A stretch of 64,000 nt of DNA. It comes from Betaproteobacteria bacterium. GTDB taxonomy: Bacteria > Pseudomonadota > Gammaproteobacteria > Burkholderiales > SG8-41. Position numbers and translations under genes: made by a program. Below are positions 9,996 to 21,061 of the stretch, one piece after another (position 1 is the first letter of the stretch; the number at the start of each line of letters is the position of its first letter). The notes beneath the pieces are model-generated. The model was not told the origin of the DNA and did no database searches. It saw only the letters and a list, made by a program, of their open reading frames with translations. The stretch spans positions 198,509 to 262,508 of the forward strand of contig VGID01000001.1 in NCBI GenBank assembly GCA_016868035.1. The letters are read 5' to 3'.

Positions 9996-10026
9996 CGGTG
10001 AGCGGTAAGCGGTGAGCGGTGAGCGG
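9996..10026. repeat. heptad array B (CGGTGAG/CGGTAAG, about 4.4 units, single arm)
   Basis: Lies between the anmK stop and the terminator hairpin. Confidence 0.8.
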
Positions 10027-10031
10027 AAATT

Positions 10032-10056
10032 AAAAAAGGCGGCATCGCCGCCTTTT
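10032..10056. terminator. bidirectional rho-independent terminator between convergent anmK and erpA
   Basis: GGCGGC-atc-GCCGCC stem flanked by an A-run upstream and a T-run downstream. Confidence 0.75.
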
Positions 10057-10079
10057 CTTCCAGCGGGTTTAGGGCCCGC

Positions 10080-10433
10080 CTAGGCCGAGAAGGATGATCC
10101 GCAACCGCAAGTGGATGTCGCGTTGGGATTCTTGATCACGAACTGCGCGCCCTCGACGTTTTCCTGGTAATCGATTTCCGCGCCCGCCAGGTACTGCAGG
10201 CTCATCGGGTCGACGAGCAGCGTGACCCCGCCTCGCTGCAGCGAGGTATCGTCCTCGTTGATGGCCTCGTCGAACGTGAAGCCGTACTGGAAACCGGAAC
10301 AGCCGCCACCATTCACGAACACTCGCAGCTTCAGCTCGGGGTTGCCTTCCTCTTCGATCAATTGCTTCACCTTCGCCGCCGCGGCGTCGGTGAATACCAG
10401 CGGGTCGGGCATCTTCTCGGTCACTGCATTCAT
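10080..10433 (-). CDS. erpA: iron-sulfur cluster insertion protein ErpA
   Basis: A-type carrier motifs GGGCSGFQY and C-terminal CGCGSSF. Start moved to MNAVTEK within ORF 10080..10457. Confidence 0.93.
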   Translation of the reverse strand: MNAVTEKMPDPLVFTDAAAAKVKQLIEEEGNPELKLRVFVNGGGCSGFQYGFTFDEAINEDDTSLQRGGVTLLVDPMSLQYLAGAEIDYQENVEGAQFVIKNPNATSTCGCGSSFSA

Positions 10434-10473
10434 GTCGAGCTCCTGAAACGATCCCATTATAGCAGCGGGCGCG

Positions 10474-10881
10474 TCAGTCGGCGGAGGCGGGCTTGAGCTG
10501 CACTACCTTGTCCGATTTGCCGTCATTCTGGTAAACCAGTCTGCCCTGCACGACCGCGCCAAGCTGCATCTCCAGAGTCTTGTAATACACATCTCCTGTG
10601 ACATTGGCTTTGCCCTGCAGTTCAACGTATTCCGCGGCGTGCACCGGGCCGACGACCGTGCCGTTGATCACCACGTGGGAAACGCGCACCTCGCCCTCGA
10701 TCTGGGCGTGCTCGGAGAGCACCAGCGTTCCCGGCTTGCCGTCGGCCACGTGCACGTCGCCGCGCACCCGGCCATCCACGCGCAATCCACCATTGAAGGT
10801 GATGTTGCCCTCGATGGTGGTGCCCGCGCCGATCAGGCAGTCGATGCGATTCTGGGGCTTGTTTGCCTTTTTTCCGAACAT
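10474..10881 (-). CDS. bactofilin-family polymer-forming cytoskeletal protein
   Basis: Beta-helical repeat sequence ([21 protein letters not shown]...). Start at MFGKK is preferred; the ORF extends to 10893. Confidence 0.85.
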   Translation of the reverse strand: MFGKKANKPQNRIDCLIGAGTTIEGNITFNGGLRVDGRVRGDVHVADGKPGTLVLSEHAQIEGEVRVSHVVINGTVVGPVHAAEYVELQGKANVTGDVYYKTLEMQLGAVVQGRLVYQNDGKSDKVVQLKPASAD

Positions 10882-10892
10882 GTCCGCCCTCA

Positions 10893-11642
10893 TCAGGAAG
10901 CGTTCACAGTCTGCGTAAGTTTAGGCGTAGTGACGCCATTTTCATAGACCCGCACCTGCATGCTCTTCACCACCGCGTCCGGTGCCACCCGGAACGTGCC
11001 TTCGACGCGCTGGAAGAACTTGAAATTAAGCCGGTATTCCTTCTGCTGTTTTTCGCTCTCGGGCGGCAGCGTCAGCACATATTTGCGGTCCGCCTGCTCC
11101 AGGTTCAGGACGAATTCCAGCTTGCCCTCGAAATCCTTCACCCGCTGGCCGATCTGCACCAGCAGCAAGCGATAGCGGTACTCGCCGGGCAGCGCTTCGC
11201 GCTGGACGCGGAAGCGGTTGATGGTGATCGCTCCCTGCTTCCCGCTCGCCGCCATCAGCGACTGGAAGAACGCGAGGTCTTCCTTCAGCACGGCGTTCTC
11301 GTCGGCAAGCGCCTTCAACTGCTTCGCGAGGTCGACGTAGGTCGCGCGCTCGATCTGGAGCTGGCGTTCCGCGGCCGCCGCCTTCGAACGCAGCTCGGCA
11401 AGCACGGCATCGCGCTGCGCGATCTCGCCCCTCATTTTCGCGAGCGCGCGCTCCGCTTCGCTCTGGCGGAAGCCGGCAAACTCCATCCCGTAGTCGTACG
11501 TGGCCCAGCCGATGCCGGCCACCAGCGCGGCGAGCGCGACGAATCCCGACCAGCGCCAGTACCATGCCACGTGAGTGCGGACCGCCATCCGCGGCGCCGA
11601 GATGCCGAACTTGCGTTGCAGTGCACGCAGCAACTGGCGCAT
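10893..11642 (-). CDS. membrane-anchored coiled-coil protein of unknown function, co-operonic with bactofilin
   Basis: 249 aa with one N-terminal TM helix followed by a long coiled coil. Its stop abuts the bactofilin ORF and its start abuts the argC stop. Confidence 0.6.
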   Translation of the reverse strand: MRQLLRALQRKFGISAPRMAVRTHVAWYWRWSGFVALAALVAGIGWATYDYGMEFAGFRQSEAERALAKMRGEIAQRDAVLAELRSKAAAAERQLQIERATYVDLAKQLKALADENAVLKEDLAFFQSLMAASGKQGAITINRFRVQREALPGEYRYRLLLVQIGQRVKDFEGKLEFVLNLEQADRKYVLTLPPESEKQQKEYRLNFKFFQRVEGTFRVAPDAVVKSMQVRVYENGVTTPKLTQTVNAS

Positions 11643-12683
11643 CTACGGCAGCAGCGCGAGCTGCTCCAGCGCGGTCGTCTCCGGAAAGCCGAACATGATG
11701 TTCATGTTCTGCACCGCCTGCCCCGAGGCACCCTTGACCAGGTTGTCGATGACGGAGAGCACCACCACGATGTCGCCGCCGTGCGGCCTGTGCACGGCGA
11801 TGCGGCAATAGTTGGCACCGCGCACCGAGCGCGTGTCCGGATGGCTGCCGGCCGGGAGCACGTCCACGAACGCCTCCGCACCGTAGCGCTTCTCGTACAG
11901 CACCTGGAGGTCCGCTTCCGCCGTCAACCGCGCATAGAGCGTCGCATGGATGCCGCGGATCATCGGCGTCAGGTGCGGCACGAAGACGAGACGAACCGGG
12001 CGGCCGGCGATGCGATCGAGCCCCTGGGTGATCTCCGGCTGGTGGCGGTGCCCCGGCACGCCGTAGGCCTTGAAGTTGTCGGAGGCCTCCGCCAGCAGCG
12101 TGTGCACTTCCGCCTTGCGCCCGGCCCCGGAAACGCCCGACTTGGCGTCCGCGATCAGGTGGTCCACATCCACGATGCCCGCTTCGAGCAGGGGCAGGAA
12201 TCCCAGCTGGACGGCAGTCGGGTAGCATCCGGGATTGGCGACAAGCCGGGCTTCGCGGATCTTCTCGCGGTGCATTTCCGGCAGCCCGTACACGGCCTCG
12301 GCCACCAGCTCCGGGCACGCGTGTTTCACGCCGTACCATTTTTCCCACAGCGCCACGTCCCGGATGCGGAAGTCCGCCGCGATGTCTATGATGCGCACGC
12401 CGGCATCCACCAGCGCGCGCGCCTGTTCCATTGCCACGCCGTTGGGGGTGGCGAAGAAAACGAGATTGCAGGCCGCGAGGTCCGCCGCAGCCGGGTCGGA
12501 GAATTTCAGCGAAACGCGCCCGCGCAGGTTGGGGAACATCTCGGCCACCGCGAGGCCCGCTTCCTTGCGCGAGGTGATCGCCCGCAACTCGCAATGAGGA
12601 TGCTGCGCGAGCAGCCGCAGCAGCTCCACCCCGGTGTAACCGGTGCCGCCGACGATTCCGACCTTGATCCCGTTTCTCGCCAT
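11643..12683 (-). CDS. argC: N-acetyl-gamma-glutamyl-phosphate reductase
   Basis: 346 aa with an N-terminal GGTGYTG Rossmann motif and the catalytic-Cys region PGCYPTA. Confidence 0.96.
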   Translation of the reverse strand: MARNGIKVGIVGGTGYTGVELLRLLAQHPHCELRAITSRKEAGLAVAEMFPNLRGRVSLKFSDPAAADLAACNLVFFATPNGVAMEQARALVDAGVRIIDIAADFRIRDVALWEKWYGVKHACPELVAEAVYGLPEMHREKIREARLVANPGCYPTAVQLGFLPLLEAGIVDVDHLIADAKSGVSGAGRKAEVHTLLAEASDNFKAYGVPGHRHQPEITQGLDRIAGRPVRLVFVPHLTPMIRGIHATLYARLTAEADLQVLYEKRYGAEAFVDVLPAGSHPDTRSVRGANYCRIAVHRPHGGDIVVVLSVIDNLVKGASGQAVQNMNIMFGFPETTALEQLALLP

Positions 12684-12700
12684 ACGCGTATTTCAGCCCC

Positions 12701-12730
12701 AGAGACAACAAAGCCGCCCGCGGGCGGCTT
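12701..12730 (-). terminator. rho-independent terminator after rpsI
   Basis: Palindrome AAGCCGCCCGCGGGCGGCTT followed on the minus strand by UGUUGUCUCU. Confidence 0.6.
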
Positions 12731-12747
12731 GGTTGCGGGAGAAAAAA

Positions 12748-13146
12748 CTAGCGCTTGGAGAACTGCTTGCGGCGGCGCGCCTTGTGCAGCCCCACCTTCT
12801 TGCGCTCGACTTCGCGCGCATCGCGCGTCACCAGCCCAGCTTTCTTGAGGATGGGCTTGAGCTCCGCGTCGTACTCGATCAACGCCCGGGTGATGCCGTG
12901 CCGCACCGCTCCGGCCTGGCCGGACTCGCCGCCCCCGCCGACGTTGATCATGATATCGAAGCTGCCGGTCGTGTTCGTCACTTCCAGCGGCTGGCGCACG
13001 ATCATGCGCCCCGTTTCCCGCGAAAAGAACTGGTCCACGGGCTTGCCGTTGACCGTGATCTCGCCCTTCCCCGGCCGGATGAACACCCGCGCGACCGCGG
13101 TCTTGCGCCGGCCGGTGCCATAGTTGTGTTGCTTCTGTATCGCCAT
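12748..13146 (-). CDS. rpsI: 30S ribosomal protein S9
   Basis: 132 aa ending in [11 protein letters not shown], typical of uS9. Confidence 0.98.
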   Translation of the reverse strand: MAIQKQHNYGTGRRKTAVARVFIRPGKGEITVNGKPVDQFFSRETGRMIVRQPLEVTNTTGSFDIMINVGGGGESGQAGAVRHGITRALIEYDAELKPILKKAGLVTRDAREVERKKVGLHKARRRKQFSKR

Positions 13147-13152
13147 GATGCG

Positions 13153-13581
13153 TCAGATCTCCAGTTGTTTGGGCTGCTGCGCCGTGTGCGGGTGAGCGGC
13201 GCCCGGGTACACCTTCATCTTGCGCAGCATGGCATAGCCGAGCGGTCCCTTGGGCAGCATACCCTTGACCGCAAGCCTGAGCACCCGCTCGGGATGGCGC
13301 GCTTGCATCTTCTCGAAGCTCGTCGCGTAGATCCCGCCGGGATAGCCGCTGTGGCGGTAGTAGATCTTGTTCTGGGCCTTCCTGCCGGTGACGCGCAATT
13401 TGTCGGCATTCACGACCACGATATAATCACCGGTATCCACATGCGGCGTGAACTCCGGCTTGTGCTTGCCCCGCAGGCGCCGCGCGATCTCGGCGGCAAG
13501 GCGCCCGAGCACTTTGCCGGAGGCGTCCACCAAGTACCACCCGTGCTGTACCGCGTCTGGTTTCGCGGAATACGTTTTCAT
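13153..13581 (-). CDS. rplM: 50S ribosomal protein L13
   Basis: 142 aa, uL13-like throughout; forms the rplM-rpsI operon. Confidence 0.98.
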   Translation of the reverse strand: MKTYSAKPDAVQHGWYLVDASGKVLGRLAAEIARRLRGKHKPEFTPHVDTGDYIVVVNADKLRVTGRKAQNKIYYRHSGYPGGIYATSFEKMQARHPERVLRLAVKGMLPKGPLGYAMLRKMKVYPGAAHPHTAQQPKQLEI

Positions 13582-13664
13582 GAGCCTGGCCCCGCTTCCT
13601 GTAGGCGCTGCGGAAAAGGGCGAATTCTATTGCGAATCAGGCGCCTGTGTCAAACTACGTCAAG

Positions 13665-13763
13665 CGGAGAGCGGTAAGCGGTCAGCAGTGAGCAGGGACT
13701 GGCGGGCAAGGAGCTTGCACGGGTCCGATTTCACTGTTTACCGCTCACCGTTTACCGCTTACC
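13665..13763. repeat. heptad-periodic inverted-arm element C (CGGTAAG/CGGTCAG arm, core, CCGCTCA/CCGTTTA arm)
   Basis: Lies in the divergent region between rplM and the DUF218 gene. Its core is the reverse complement of the core shared by elements L, P and Q. Confidence 0.8.
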
Positions 13764-13773
13764 CGATGCTAAA

Positions 13774-14529
13774 GTGGAATGGCTGATCACCAACGCGCTG
13801 GCGGCCCTTCTCATCCCGCCGGGGTCTCTGCTGCTGCTCGCGCTCGCGGGAGCGGCAGTCGGGCTGCGCCGCCCGCGCCTCGGAAAGTCTCTCGTCGCCT
13901 TCGCCCTCCTCCTGCTCTATGCGCTGTCCATGCAGATCGTGGCGGATGCGCTGCTGCAACGGCTCGAGCCCGCGCCGCACGACCCGCTCGCCGACCGCGG
14001 CGGCGAGGCGATCGTGGTGCTCGGCGGCGGCTTGTATTTCAGCGCGCCCGAGTACCATGGCGACACCGTCAGTTCCGCGACCCTGGCGCGCCTGCGCTAC
14101 GCCGCGCACCTGCAGCGCGCGACCGGCAAGCCGGTGCTGGTAACCGGCGGCAAGCCGATCGGCGCGAGCTCGGAAGCCCCGCTGATGCAGGCCGTGCTCG
14201 CACGCGAGTTCCAGGTTCCGGTGCAGTGGGTAGAGGACGGCTCCAACAACACGCTCGAGAATGCCCGGCTCTCCTATCGGGTGCTCAGCGGCTCCGGAAT
14301 CCGGCGCATCTACCTCGTCACCCACGCCTGGCACATGCCGCGCGCGCGGCTCTCATTCGAGCGCTCGGGGCTCACCGTGATCCCGGCGCCGACCGCGTAC
14401 ACGACGCGCTTCGAGCTCACCGTGCTCGACTTTCTCCCCAGCGCACGGGCGCTGCGCGACAGCAGCCACTTCTTCCACGAGGTGATCGGCATCGGCTGGT
14501 ATCATCTGCGGCTGCTCGTGGGCCGCTAG
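13774..14529 (+). CDS. YdcF/ElyC-family (DUF218) protein
   Basis: 251 aa with N-terminal TM helices and an IVVLGGG motif. Confidence 0.8.
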   Translation: MEWLITNALAALLIPPGSLLLLALAGAAVGLRRPRLGKSLVAFALLLLYALSMQIVADALLQRLEPAPHDPLADRGGEAIVVLGGGLYFSAPEYHGDTVSSATLARLRYAAHLQRATGKPVLVTGGKPIGASSEAPLMQAVLAREFQVPVQWVEDGSNNTLENARLSYRVLSGSGIRRIYLVTHAWHMPRARLSFERSGLTVIPAPTAYTTRFELTVLDFLPSARALRDSSHFFHEVIGIGWYHLRLLVGR

Positions 14530-14554
14530 GACCCGCACCGCTGGAAAGCAGGCC

Positions 14555-14977
14555 GTGAAAGTTCGCGTCAAGTGGATCGAGAACGTCGCCTTCGTCGGCG
14601 AGTCCGGGAGCGGGCACGCGCTGGTGATGGACGGTGCGTCCGAGGGCGGCGGGCGCAATCTCGGGCCGCGCCCGATGGAGACGGTATTGCTCGGCACCGG
14701 CGGCTGCACTGCCTACGACGTGGTGCACATCCTGAAAAAAGCGCGCGCCCCGATTACCGACTGCGTGGTGGAGGTCAGCGCAGAGCGTGCCGAGCAGGAG
14801 CCCAGGGTCTTTACGCGAATCCACTTCCACTACGTCATCGCCGGCAAAGGGTTGAAGCGCGAACAGGTCGAGCGCGCCGTGCATCTATCGGCGGAGAAGT
14901 ACTGCTCGGCCTCGATCATGCTCGGCAAGACCGCCGAGATCACCCACGACTTCGAGATCCGAGAAATCCAGAATTGA
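14555..14977 (+). CDS. OsmC-family peroxiredoxin-like protein
   Basis: 140 aa with the two conserved Cys regions (GGCTAYD, KYCSAS). Confidence 0.85.
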   Translation: MKVRVKWIENVAFVGESGSGHALVMDGASEGGGRNLGPRPMETVLLGTGGCTAYDVVHILKKARAPITDCVVEVSAERAEQEPRVFTRIHFHYVIAGKGLKREQVERAVHLSAEKYCSASIMLGKTAEITHDFEIREIQN

Positions 14978-15158
14978 ACCGCCAAGACGCCAAGAAAAAC
15001 TAAAAAGGGAACAAAAACCGAATGCCCGCGGTAAGTCCTGCCGAGTATTGGGGGTTGCGACAACAAGAGGACAGAAATCGGATCGAGCCGTTGTGTTCTT
15101 GTTTTTTGCTCTCGGCGGGTTGACCACTTGTTTTCTTCTCGGCGCCTTGGCGGTTCAA
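14974..15158. mobile_element. ORF-less element of about 185 bp bounded by 27-29 nt inverted repeats (MITE-like)
   Basis: Left TTGAACCGCCAAGACGCCAAGAAAAAC (14974-15000) and right GTTTTCTTCTCGGCGCCTTGGCGGTTCAA (15130-15158) are near-perfect reverse complements. No credible ORF lies inside. Confidence 0.6.
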
Positions 15159-15201
15159 TACTTGTCCTTTGCTTTTTCTTTGCACCCCTGCGGTTCCGGC
15201 C

Positions 15202-15828
15202 TTAGACCCAGTAAGCGGTCTCGGTCATCACCTTCGAGGTTAGGCGCATCGCGAGCTTCGCCGGCTCGGGGAGCTCCGCCGCACCGTGGACGACCGCGCT
15301 GGTCGCGTGGCGGGCCTCGTCCTCGTGCATGGTCTCGAGAATGGCCCGGCTCCTCCGGTCATCCCCCGGCAGCCGGGCGAGGTGTCCCTCGAGGTGTGCG
15401 CCCACCTGCCGCTCGGTCTCGGCGAGAAAACCCAGGTTCCAGCGATCCCCCAGCAGGCCCGCCACCGCGCCCATCGCGAACGAGCCCGCATACCACACGG
15501 GGTTCAGCACGCTCTTGCGACCGCCGAGTTCTTCGATCCGGCTCTCGGTCCACGCCAGGTGCTCGGTTTCCTCCGAAGCGGCCTGCTCCAGCGCCGCACG
15601 CACGCGCGGATTGCGGGCGGTGAGGGCCTGGCCCTGGTAGAGCGCCTGCGCGCAGATCTCGCCGCTGTGGTTCACCCGCATCAGGGCCGCCGCGTGCGAG
15701 CGCTCGGTCGTCGTCATTTCGGACTCGGGCACATCCCCGCCCGGCCTCGCGCGCAGAGATTGCGCCGGCGCGAAGACCGTGCGCAGCCCCGTGTCGAAAG
15801 CGCTGATCAGCTCGTCTAGGGTCGGCAT
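15202..15828 (-). CDS. coq7: demethoxyubiquinone hydroxylase Coq7 (diiron)
   Basis: 208 aa with duplicated EXXH diiron motifs ([24 protein letters not shown]). Confidence 0.92.
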   Translation of the reverse strand: MPTLDELISAFDTGLRTVFAPAQSLRARPGGDVPESEMTTTERSHAAALMRVNHSGEICAQALYQGQALTARNPRVRAALEQAASEETEHLAWTESRIEELGGRKSVLNPVWYAGSFAMGAVAGLLGDRWNLGFLAETERQVGAHLEGHLARLPGDDRRSRAILETMHEDEARHATSAVVHGAAELPEPAKLAMRLTSKVMTETAYWV

Positions 15829-15836
15829 GGCGGTTA

Positions 15837-15953
15837 CAGTGTTCAGTGTTCAGTGTTCAGTGTTCAGTGTCAACAAGTCGAACGCTCAGCGAGAGAAATC
15901 ATCCAACGTTCTTCTCGACTGCCCGCTGTCCACTGTCAACTGTCCACTGCTCG
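15837..15953. repeat. heptad-periodic inverted-arm element E (5 x CAGTGTT, core, 4 x CTGTCCA-type)
   Basis: Lies between the trpC stop and the coq7 start; the right arm overlaps the last 6 codons of trpC. Confidence 0.85.
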
Positions 15954-16757
15954 GGGCGTTGAGGCCGCTTCGGCGAACAGGCGTCCAAGCTCGGCTCCGG
16001 GATCGGCGGCTCGCATGAACGCTTCGCCGACGAGGAAACACCCTACTTTGCTCCCGCGGAGAAGCGCGACGTCCTCGCCGGAGGTGATCCCGCTCTCGGT
16101 CACCACGATGCGCCCGTCGGGTATCCGCGCAAGGAGATTTAGCGTGGTTTCCAGCCGCGTCTCGAAGGTGCGCAGGCTGCGATTGTTGATGCCAACGAGC
16201 GGGGTCTTCAGCTTGAGCGCCCGCTCCAGCTCGGAGGCATCGTGCGCTTCGACGAGCACCGCCATCCCGAGTTCGTTTGCCGCCGCCTCCAGCTCCCGCA
16301 TCCTCGGCACATCGAGCGCGGCCACGATGAGCAGGATGCAGTCCGCGCCCGCCGCCCGCGCTTCGAGCACCTGGTAGGCATCGATCGTGAAATCCTTGCG
16401 CAGCACCGGCAGCGCGCATGCCGCGCGCGCCTGCACGAGATGGTCGAGCGCGCCCTGGAAGAACTGGCGATCGGTCAGGACCGAGAGACAGGCCGCGCCA
16501 TGCTTCTCGTAGCTCGCCGCGATCGCCGCCGGGTCGTACTCCTCGCGCAGCACACCCTTGCTCGGGCTCGCCTTCTTGATCTCGGCGATGACGGCCGTTT
16601 TTCCCGCGGCGAGCCGGGACTGGAGGGCCCCGGTGAAATCGCGCGGCGCCGCGGCGCGGCGCGCCTCCTCGCGCAGGACCGAAAGCGGCTTCGCGCTTTT
16701 CGCGCGCGCCACTTCCTTGGTCTTGACTTCGAGGATGCGCTGCAGGATGTCAGCCAT
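15936..16757 (-). CDS. trpC: indole-3-glycerol phosphate synthase
   Basis: 273 aa with the motifs [11 protein letters not shown] and VLTD. Confidence 0.95.
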   Translation of the reverse strand: MADILQRILEVKTKEVARAKSAKPLSVLREEARRAAAPRDFTGALQSRLAAGKTAVIAEIKKASPSKGVLREEYDPAAIAASYEKHGAACLSVLTDRQFFQGALDHLVQARAACALPVLRKDFTIDAYQVLEARAAGADCILLIVAALDVPRMRELEAAANELGMAVLVEAHDASELERALKLKTPLVGINNRSLRTFETRLETTLNLLARIPDGRIVVTESGITSGEDVALLRGSKVGCFLVGEAFMRAADPGAELGRLFAEAASTPRAVDS

Positions 16758-16767
16758 CGATATTATT

Positions 16768-16832
16768 GACCGCGGAGACGCAGAGGCGCCAGGGATTCAG
16801 TAATCTATTCTTTTTTTGCGCCACTGCGGTTC
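16768..16832. repeat. weak heptad/inverted-repeat element F between trpD and trpC
   Basis: GACCGCGGAGACGCAGAGGCGCC (period 7) and GCGCCACTGCGGTTC are partly complementary. Resembles the arms of the 14974-15158 element. Confidence 0.4.
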
Positions 16833-17855
16833 ATTGGTCTTTCACGTTGCGGGTGAACTCGACGAAGGCATCGAGCTTCTTGCGCGCCGCCCCGCTTGCG
16901 ATCACCGCGGCGGCCCGCTTCACCCCTTCGGCCATCGTCGGCGCGAGCCCGGCAACGTAGACGCACGCGCCGGCGTTGAGCGTCACGATATCGCGCGCGG
17001 CGCCTGCCTCACCACCGAGCGCCGCGAGCACCATCGTCTTGGACTGCTCCACCTCCGCCACGCGGATTGTGGCGTTATCGTGTATCGCCACGCCGAAGTC
17101 CTGCGGCGTGATCGTGTATTCCTTGATCGCGCCGTCCTTGAGCTCACCCACCATGGTCGGACCGGCGATCGAGATCTCGTCGAGTCCTTCCATGCCGTGC
17201 ACGATCATCACGCGCCGGCTGCCCAGCTGCTGCAGCACGCGGGCCTGGATGCCGACAAGGTCGGGATGAAACACCCCCATCACCTGCTGCCTCGCTCCGG
17301 CGGGGTTGGTGAGCGGCCCCAGGATGTTGAAAATGGTCTTCACGCCCAGCTCGCGGCGCACTGGCGCCGCGTGCTTCATCGCGCCGTGGTGGTTGGGCGC
17401 GAACATGAATCCCACTCCGACCTCCGCGATCGAGCGCGCCACCTGCTCGGGCCTGAGATTGATGTCCGCGCCGAGCGCCTCCAGCACGTCGGCGCTGCCT
17501 GACTTGCTCGAGACCGAACGCCCGCCGTGCTTGGCGATCTTCGCCCCGGCCGCGGCGGCAGCGAACATGGCCGCCGTCGAAACGTTGAAGCTGTGCGCCG
17601 CGTCCCCGCCCGTCCCGCACGTGTCGATCAGATTGGGCTCGTCCGGCACCGGCACCTTGGTCGCGAATTCCCGCATGACCTCCGCGGCGGCGGCGATCTC
17701 CCCAATGGTCTCCTTCTTCACGCGCATCCCGACGACAAGCGCCGAGATGAGCGTCGGCGACACCTCTCCGCTCATGATGCTGCGCATCAGCGAGAGCATG
17801 TCCTCGCGGAAGATCTCGCGATGCTCGATGACGCGGGCGAGCGCCTCTTGCGGAG

Positions 17856-17859
<4 letters not shown>
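16831..17859 (-). CDS. trpD: anthranilate phosphoribosyltransferase
   Basis: 342 aa with the motifs CGTGGD and [15 protein letters not shown]. Confidence 0.96.
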
Positions 17860-18428
<569 letters not shown>

Positions 18429-18549
18429 GGGTTCGGTGCCGTCCGTGGATTCTGCCGTCCCCGGCGACCGGGTGGCGGCGGAAAAGTAAAAGGTTAGACG
18501 ATCTCCGCCGCGTTTGCACCCGCTCACCCGGTCCAGCCCGCCGGCTCCG

Positions 18550-19395
18550 CTACCGGGCGCGCTCCAGCACGAGCGGCGCGTGGCGCGCCTTTGCGCCGGT
18601 CCCGAGCGCGATCTCGCCGATGATGCGCGCGCCGGCGATGCGCCCGCGGTAGTGAAAGGGAGCGCCGTCGAGCGCCCCGTTCCATTCGATGCGCTCGCCC
18701 GTGAGCCGCGCTTCCCGGACCGCGAGGTCTTTCCCTCCCGCCGCGGCCTCGACTTCGATGTCCTGGAAGTTCTGGTGGATGCGCAGCCGCCATTCGCCAC
18801 CCGCATCGGCAGCAAAAGCGCGCCACGCCCCGCGCGCCTCGGCCGGAACGATCCACAGGAAAATCGTGCTCTCGTCTCCCTGCCCGCGGTGCGGTTTGCT
18901 CACGTGCACCTTCTCCACCCGGTCCGGCCTCCATGAAACGAACGCGAACGCGTGCGAGACGATGCGCGTGCCCGGCCGCATCTCGGAAAACAGCTTGTCC
19001 TTGAGCTTCTCCAGCAGCCCGGGCAGCAGATAGACCGTCACCACGCTCGCGCGCGAGACGTCGGTGAGCAGCACGTCCCGCACTTCGAAGCTCACCCGGC
19101 CCGCCACCCCCTCCCGTTCCGCGCTTTCCCGCGAGAGCTTCACGAGCCGGCTGTCGAGATCCACTCCCAGCGCGCGGGCGCCGAACCGCTTCGCGGCTGC
19201 GATCACGATGCGACCGTCGCCCGAGCCGAGATCGATCACGAAATCATCGGGCCCGGTGCCGGCGATGGCGAGCATGCGCTCGACCACTTCCCCGGGCGTG
19301 GTGATGAACGGCGGGGAGCCCTCGTCCTGTGCGCGCGCGGCGAGCGCGAGTGCAGCGAGGAAGCAGAAAACGAGTTTTCTACAGCATGTTGCCAT
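18550..19395 (-). CDS. class I SAM-dependent methyltransferase-like protein with N-terminal signal peptide and extra C-terminal domain
   Basis: 281 aa with signal-like [23 protein letters not shown] and SAM motif [11 protein letters not shown]. About 110 aa of unassigned C-terminal domain. Inserted between trpE and trpG. Confidence 0.65.
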   Translation of the reverse strand: MATCCRKLVFCFLAALALAARAQDEGSPPFITTPGEVVERMLAIAGTGPDDFVIDLGSGDGRIVIAAAKRFGARALGVDLDSRLVKLSRESAEREGVAGRVSFEVRDVLLTDVSRASVVTVYLLPGLLEKLKDKLFSEMRPGTRIVSHAFAFVSWRPDRVEKVHVSKPHRGQGDESTIFLWIVPAEARGAWRAFAADAGGEWRLRIHQNFQDIEVEAAAGGKDLAVREARLTGERIEWNGALDGAPFHYRGRIAGARIIGEIALGTGAKARHAPLVLERAR

Positions 19396-19446
19396 GCGCG
19401 TTGTCGAGACCGCCGCGCTCCCGGGACCGATGTGCGTCGAGCCGCG

Positions 19447-20922
19447 TTACTCGAGGCGCGTGTCGAGCCCGGATTCGGCCATCTCGGCCGCGCGCAACAG
19501 CGCCTTCGCCTTGCTTTGCGTTTCCTGCCACTCCGCGGCCGGCTGGGAATCCGCGACGATGCCGCCTCCCGCCTGCACGTAGAGCGTGCCGTTCTTGACG
19601 ATCGCGGTGCGCAGCGCAATCGCGACGTCCATATTGCCGTGGAAGCCGAGGTAGCCCACCGCCCCCGCATAGATCCCGCGCTTGACGGGCTCGAGCTCGT
19701 CGATGATCTCCATCGCCCGCACCTTGGGCGCGCCTGAGACCGTGCCCGCCGGGAACGTCGCGCGCAGCACGTCGATCGCGTTCAGCCCCGGCTTGATCCG
19801 CCCCTCCACGTTGGACACGATGTGCATCACATGCGAGTAGCGCTCGATCACCATTCTCTCCGTGACGGTGACGGTCCCGGTCTGCGCGACGCGGCCCACG
19901 TCGTTGCGCCCCAGGTCCACGAGCATGATGTGCTCGGCGCGCTCCTTCTCGTCGGCAAGCAGCTCCTCGGCGAGCGCCGCGTCCTCCGCCGGCGTCGCCC
20001 CGCGGCGGCGCGTGCCGGCGATCGGCCGCACGGTGATCGTGTCGCCTTCGAGGCGCGCGAGGATCTCGGGGGAGGCGCCGACCACGTGGAAATCGCCGAA
20101 GTCGAAGTAGAACATGTACGGCGACGGGTTCACGGTGCGAAGCGCGCGGTAGAGCGCGAGCGGCGTGGCCACGAAGGGCTTTGACATGCGCTGCGAGGGC
20201 ACGACCTGCATGATGTCGCCCTCGAAGATGTACTTCTTGGCGCGCTCCACCGCGCGGTGGTAGGCCGCTTCTCCGAAGCCGGAAACCGCCGGCTCGGAAG
20301 CGCCCGATACGTCCGCCGGGATCGTCACCGGCTCGCGCAGCTTCGCGAGCAGCTGCTTGAGACGCGCGCGCGCCTCCCGGAACGCGCCGGGTTTTCCCGG
20401 CTCGGCGTACACGACCAGCATGAGCTTCCCCGACAAGTTGTCCACGATGGCGATCTCTTCGGACACGAGCAGCAGGATGTCGGGGTTTCCGAGCCCGTCG
20501 GGCTTCTCCACGCCCGCCAGCCGTCGCTCGACATAGCGCACCGTGTCGTACCCGAAATAGCCGACCAGTCCGCCGCAGAAGCGCGGCAGGCTCTCGTCGG
20601 TAGCGACCTTGAAGCGCGCGAGGTAATCGTTGACGAAGGCGAGCGGGTCGGAGGCCCGCGTGACGGCAACGGTCCTGCCGCCGAGATACTCGGTGCAGGC
20701 GGTTCCGCGCACCTCGATGCGCGAGCGCGCCGCGAGCCCGATGATCGAGTAGCGCCCGAAGCGCTCTCCGCCCACCACGGACTCGAGCAGGTAACTGTGA
20801 GGCTGGTTGGCGAGCTTCAGGTAGACGGAAAGGGGCGTGTCGAGATCGGCGAACGTCTCGAGTACGACGGGAACCCGGTTGTAGCCCGCGCGCGCGAGCT
20901 GCTCGAATTCAATTTCAGTCAT
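19447..20922 (-). CDS. trpE: anthranilate synthase component I
   Basis: 491 aa, chorismate-binding family (LESVVGGERFGRYS, GTVSGAPKVRAMEII). Confidence 0.97.
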   Translation of the reverse strand: MTEIEFEQLARAGYNRVPVVLETFADLDTPLSVYLKLANQPHSYLLESVVGGERFGRYSIIGLAARSRIEVRGTACTEYLGGRTVAVTRASDPLAFVNDYLARFKVATDESLPRFCGGLVGYFGYDTVRYVERRLAGVEKPDGLGNPDILLLVSEEIAIVDNLSGKLMLVVYAEPGKPGAFREARARLKQLLAKLREPVTIPADVSGASEPAVSGFGEAAYHRAVERAKKYIFEGDIMQVVPSQRMSKPFVATPLALYRALRTVNPSPYMFYFDFGDFHVVGASPEILARLEGDTITVRPIAGTRRRGATPAEDAALAEELLADEKERAEHIMLVDLGRNDVGRVAQTGTVTVTERMVIERYSHVMHIVSNVEGRIKPGLNAIDVLRATFPAGTVSGAPKVRAMEIIDELEPVKRGIYAGAVGYLGFHGNMDVAIALRTAIVKNGTLYVQAGGGIVADSQPAAEWQETQSKAKALLRAAEMAESGLDTRLE

Positions 20923-21061
20923 GATTCACTCCGGATGCGGAAAACGGGAAAAACGAGAGCGGCGCGATCAGCGCGCACGCCAGAGCACGGCCGACCGGCG
21001 CCAATGGCGCCCGGCGATCGTCTGTCTCGTCTTTCCGCAGTCCGCACGGGGCATGACTGAA

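Noticed and set aside
10863-12848. Very long ORFs antisense to, or out of frame with, recognised genes. Examples: 10863..12848 (+, 661 aa), 29784..31373 (-, 529 aa), 36267..37373 (-), 56251..57591 (-), 57955..59301 (-) and 61562..63337 (-).
   Set aside because: They are typical high-GC shadow ORFs. Their composition is Arg/Ala/Gly/Pro-rich and low in complexity, they have no recognisable motifs, and each fully overlaps a gene with strong family signatures on the other strand or frame.
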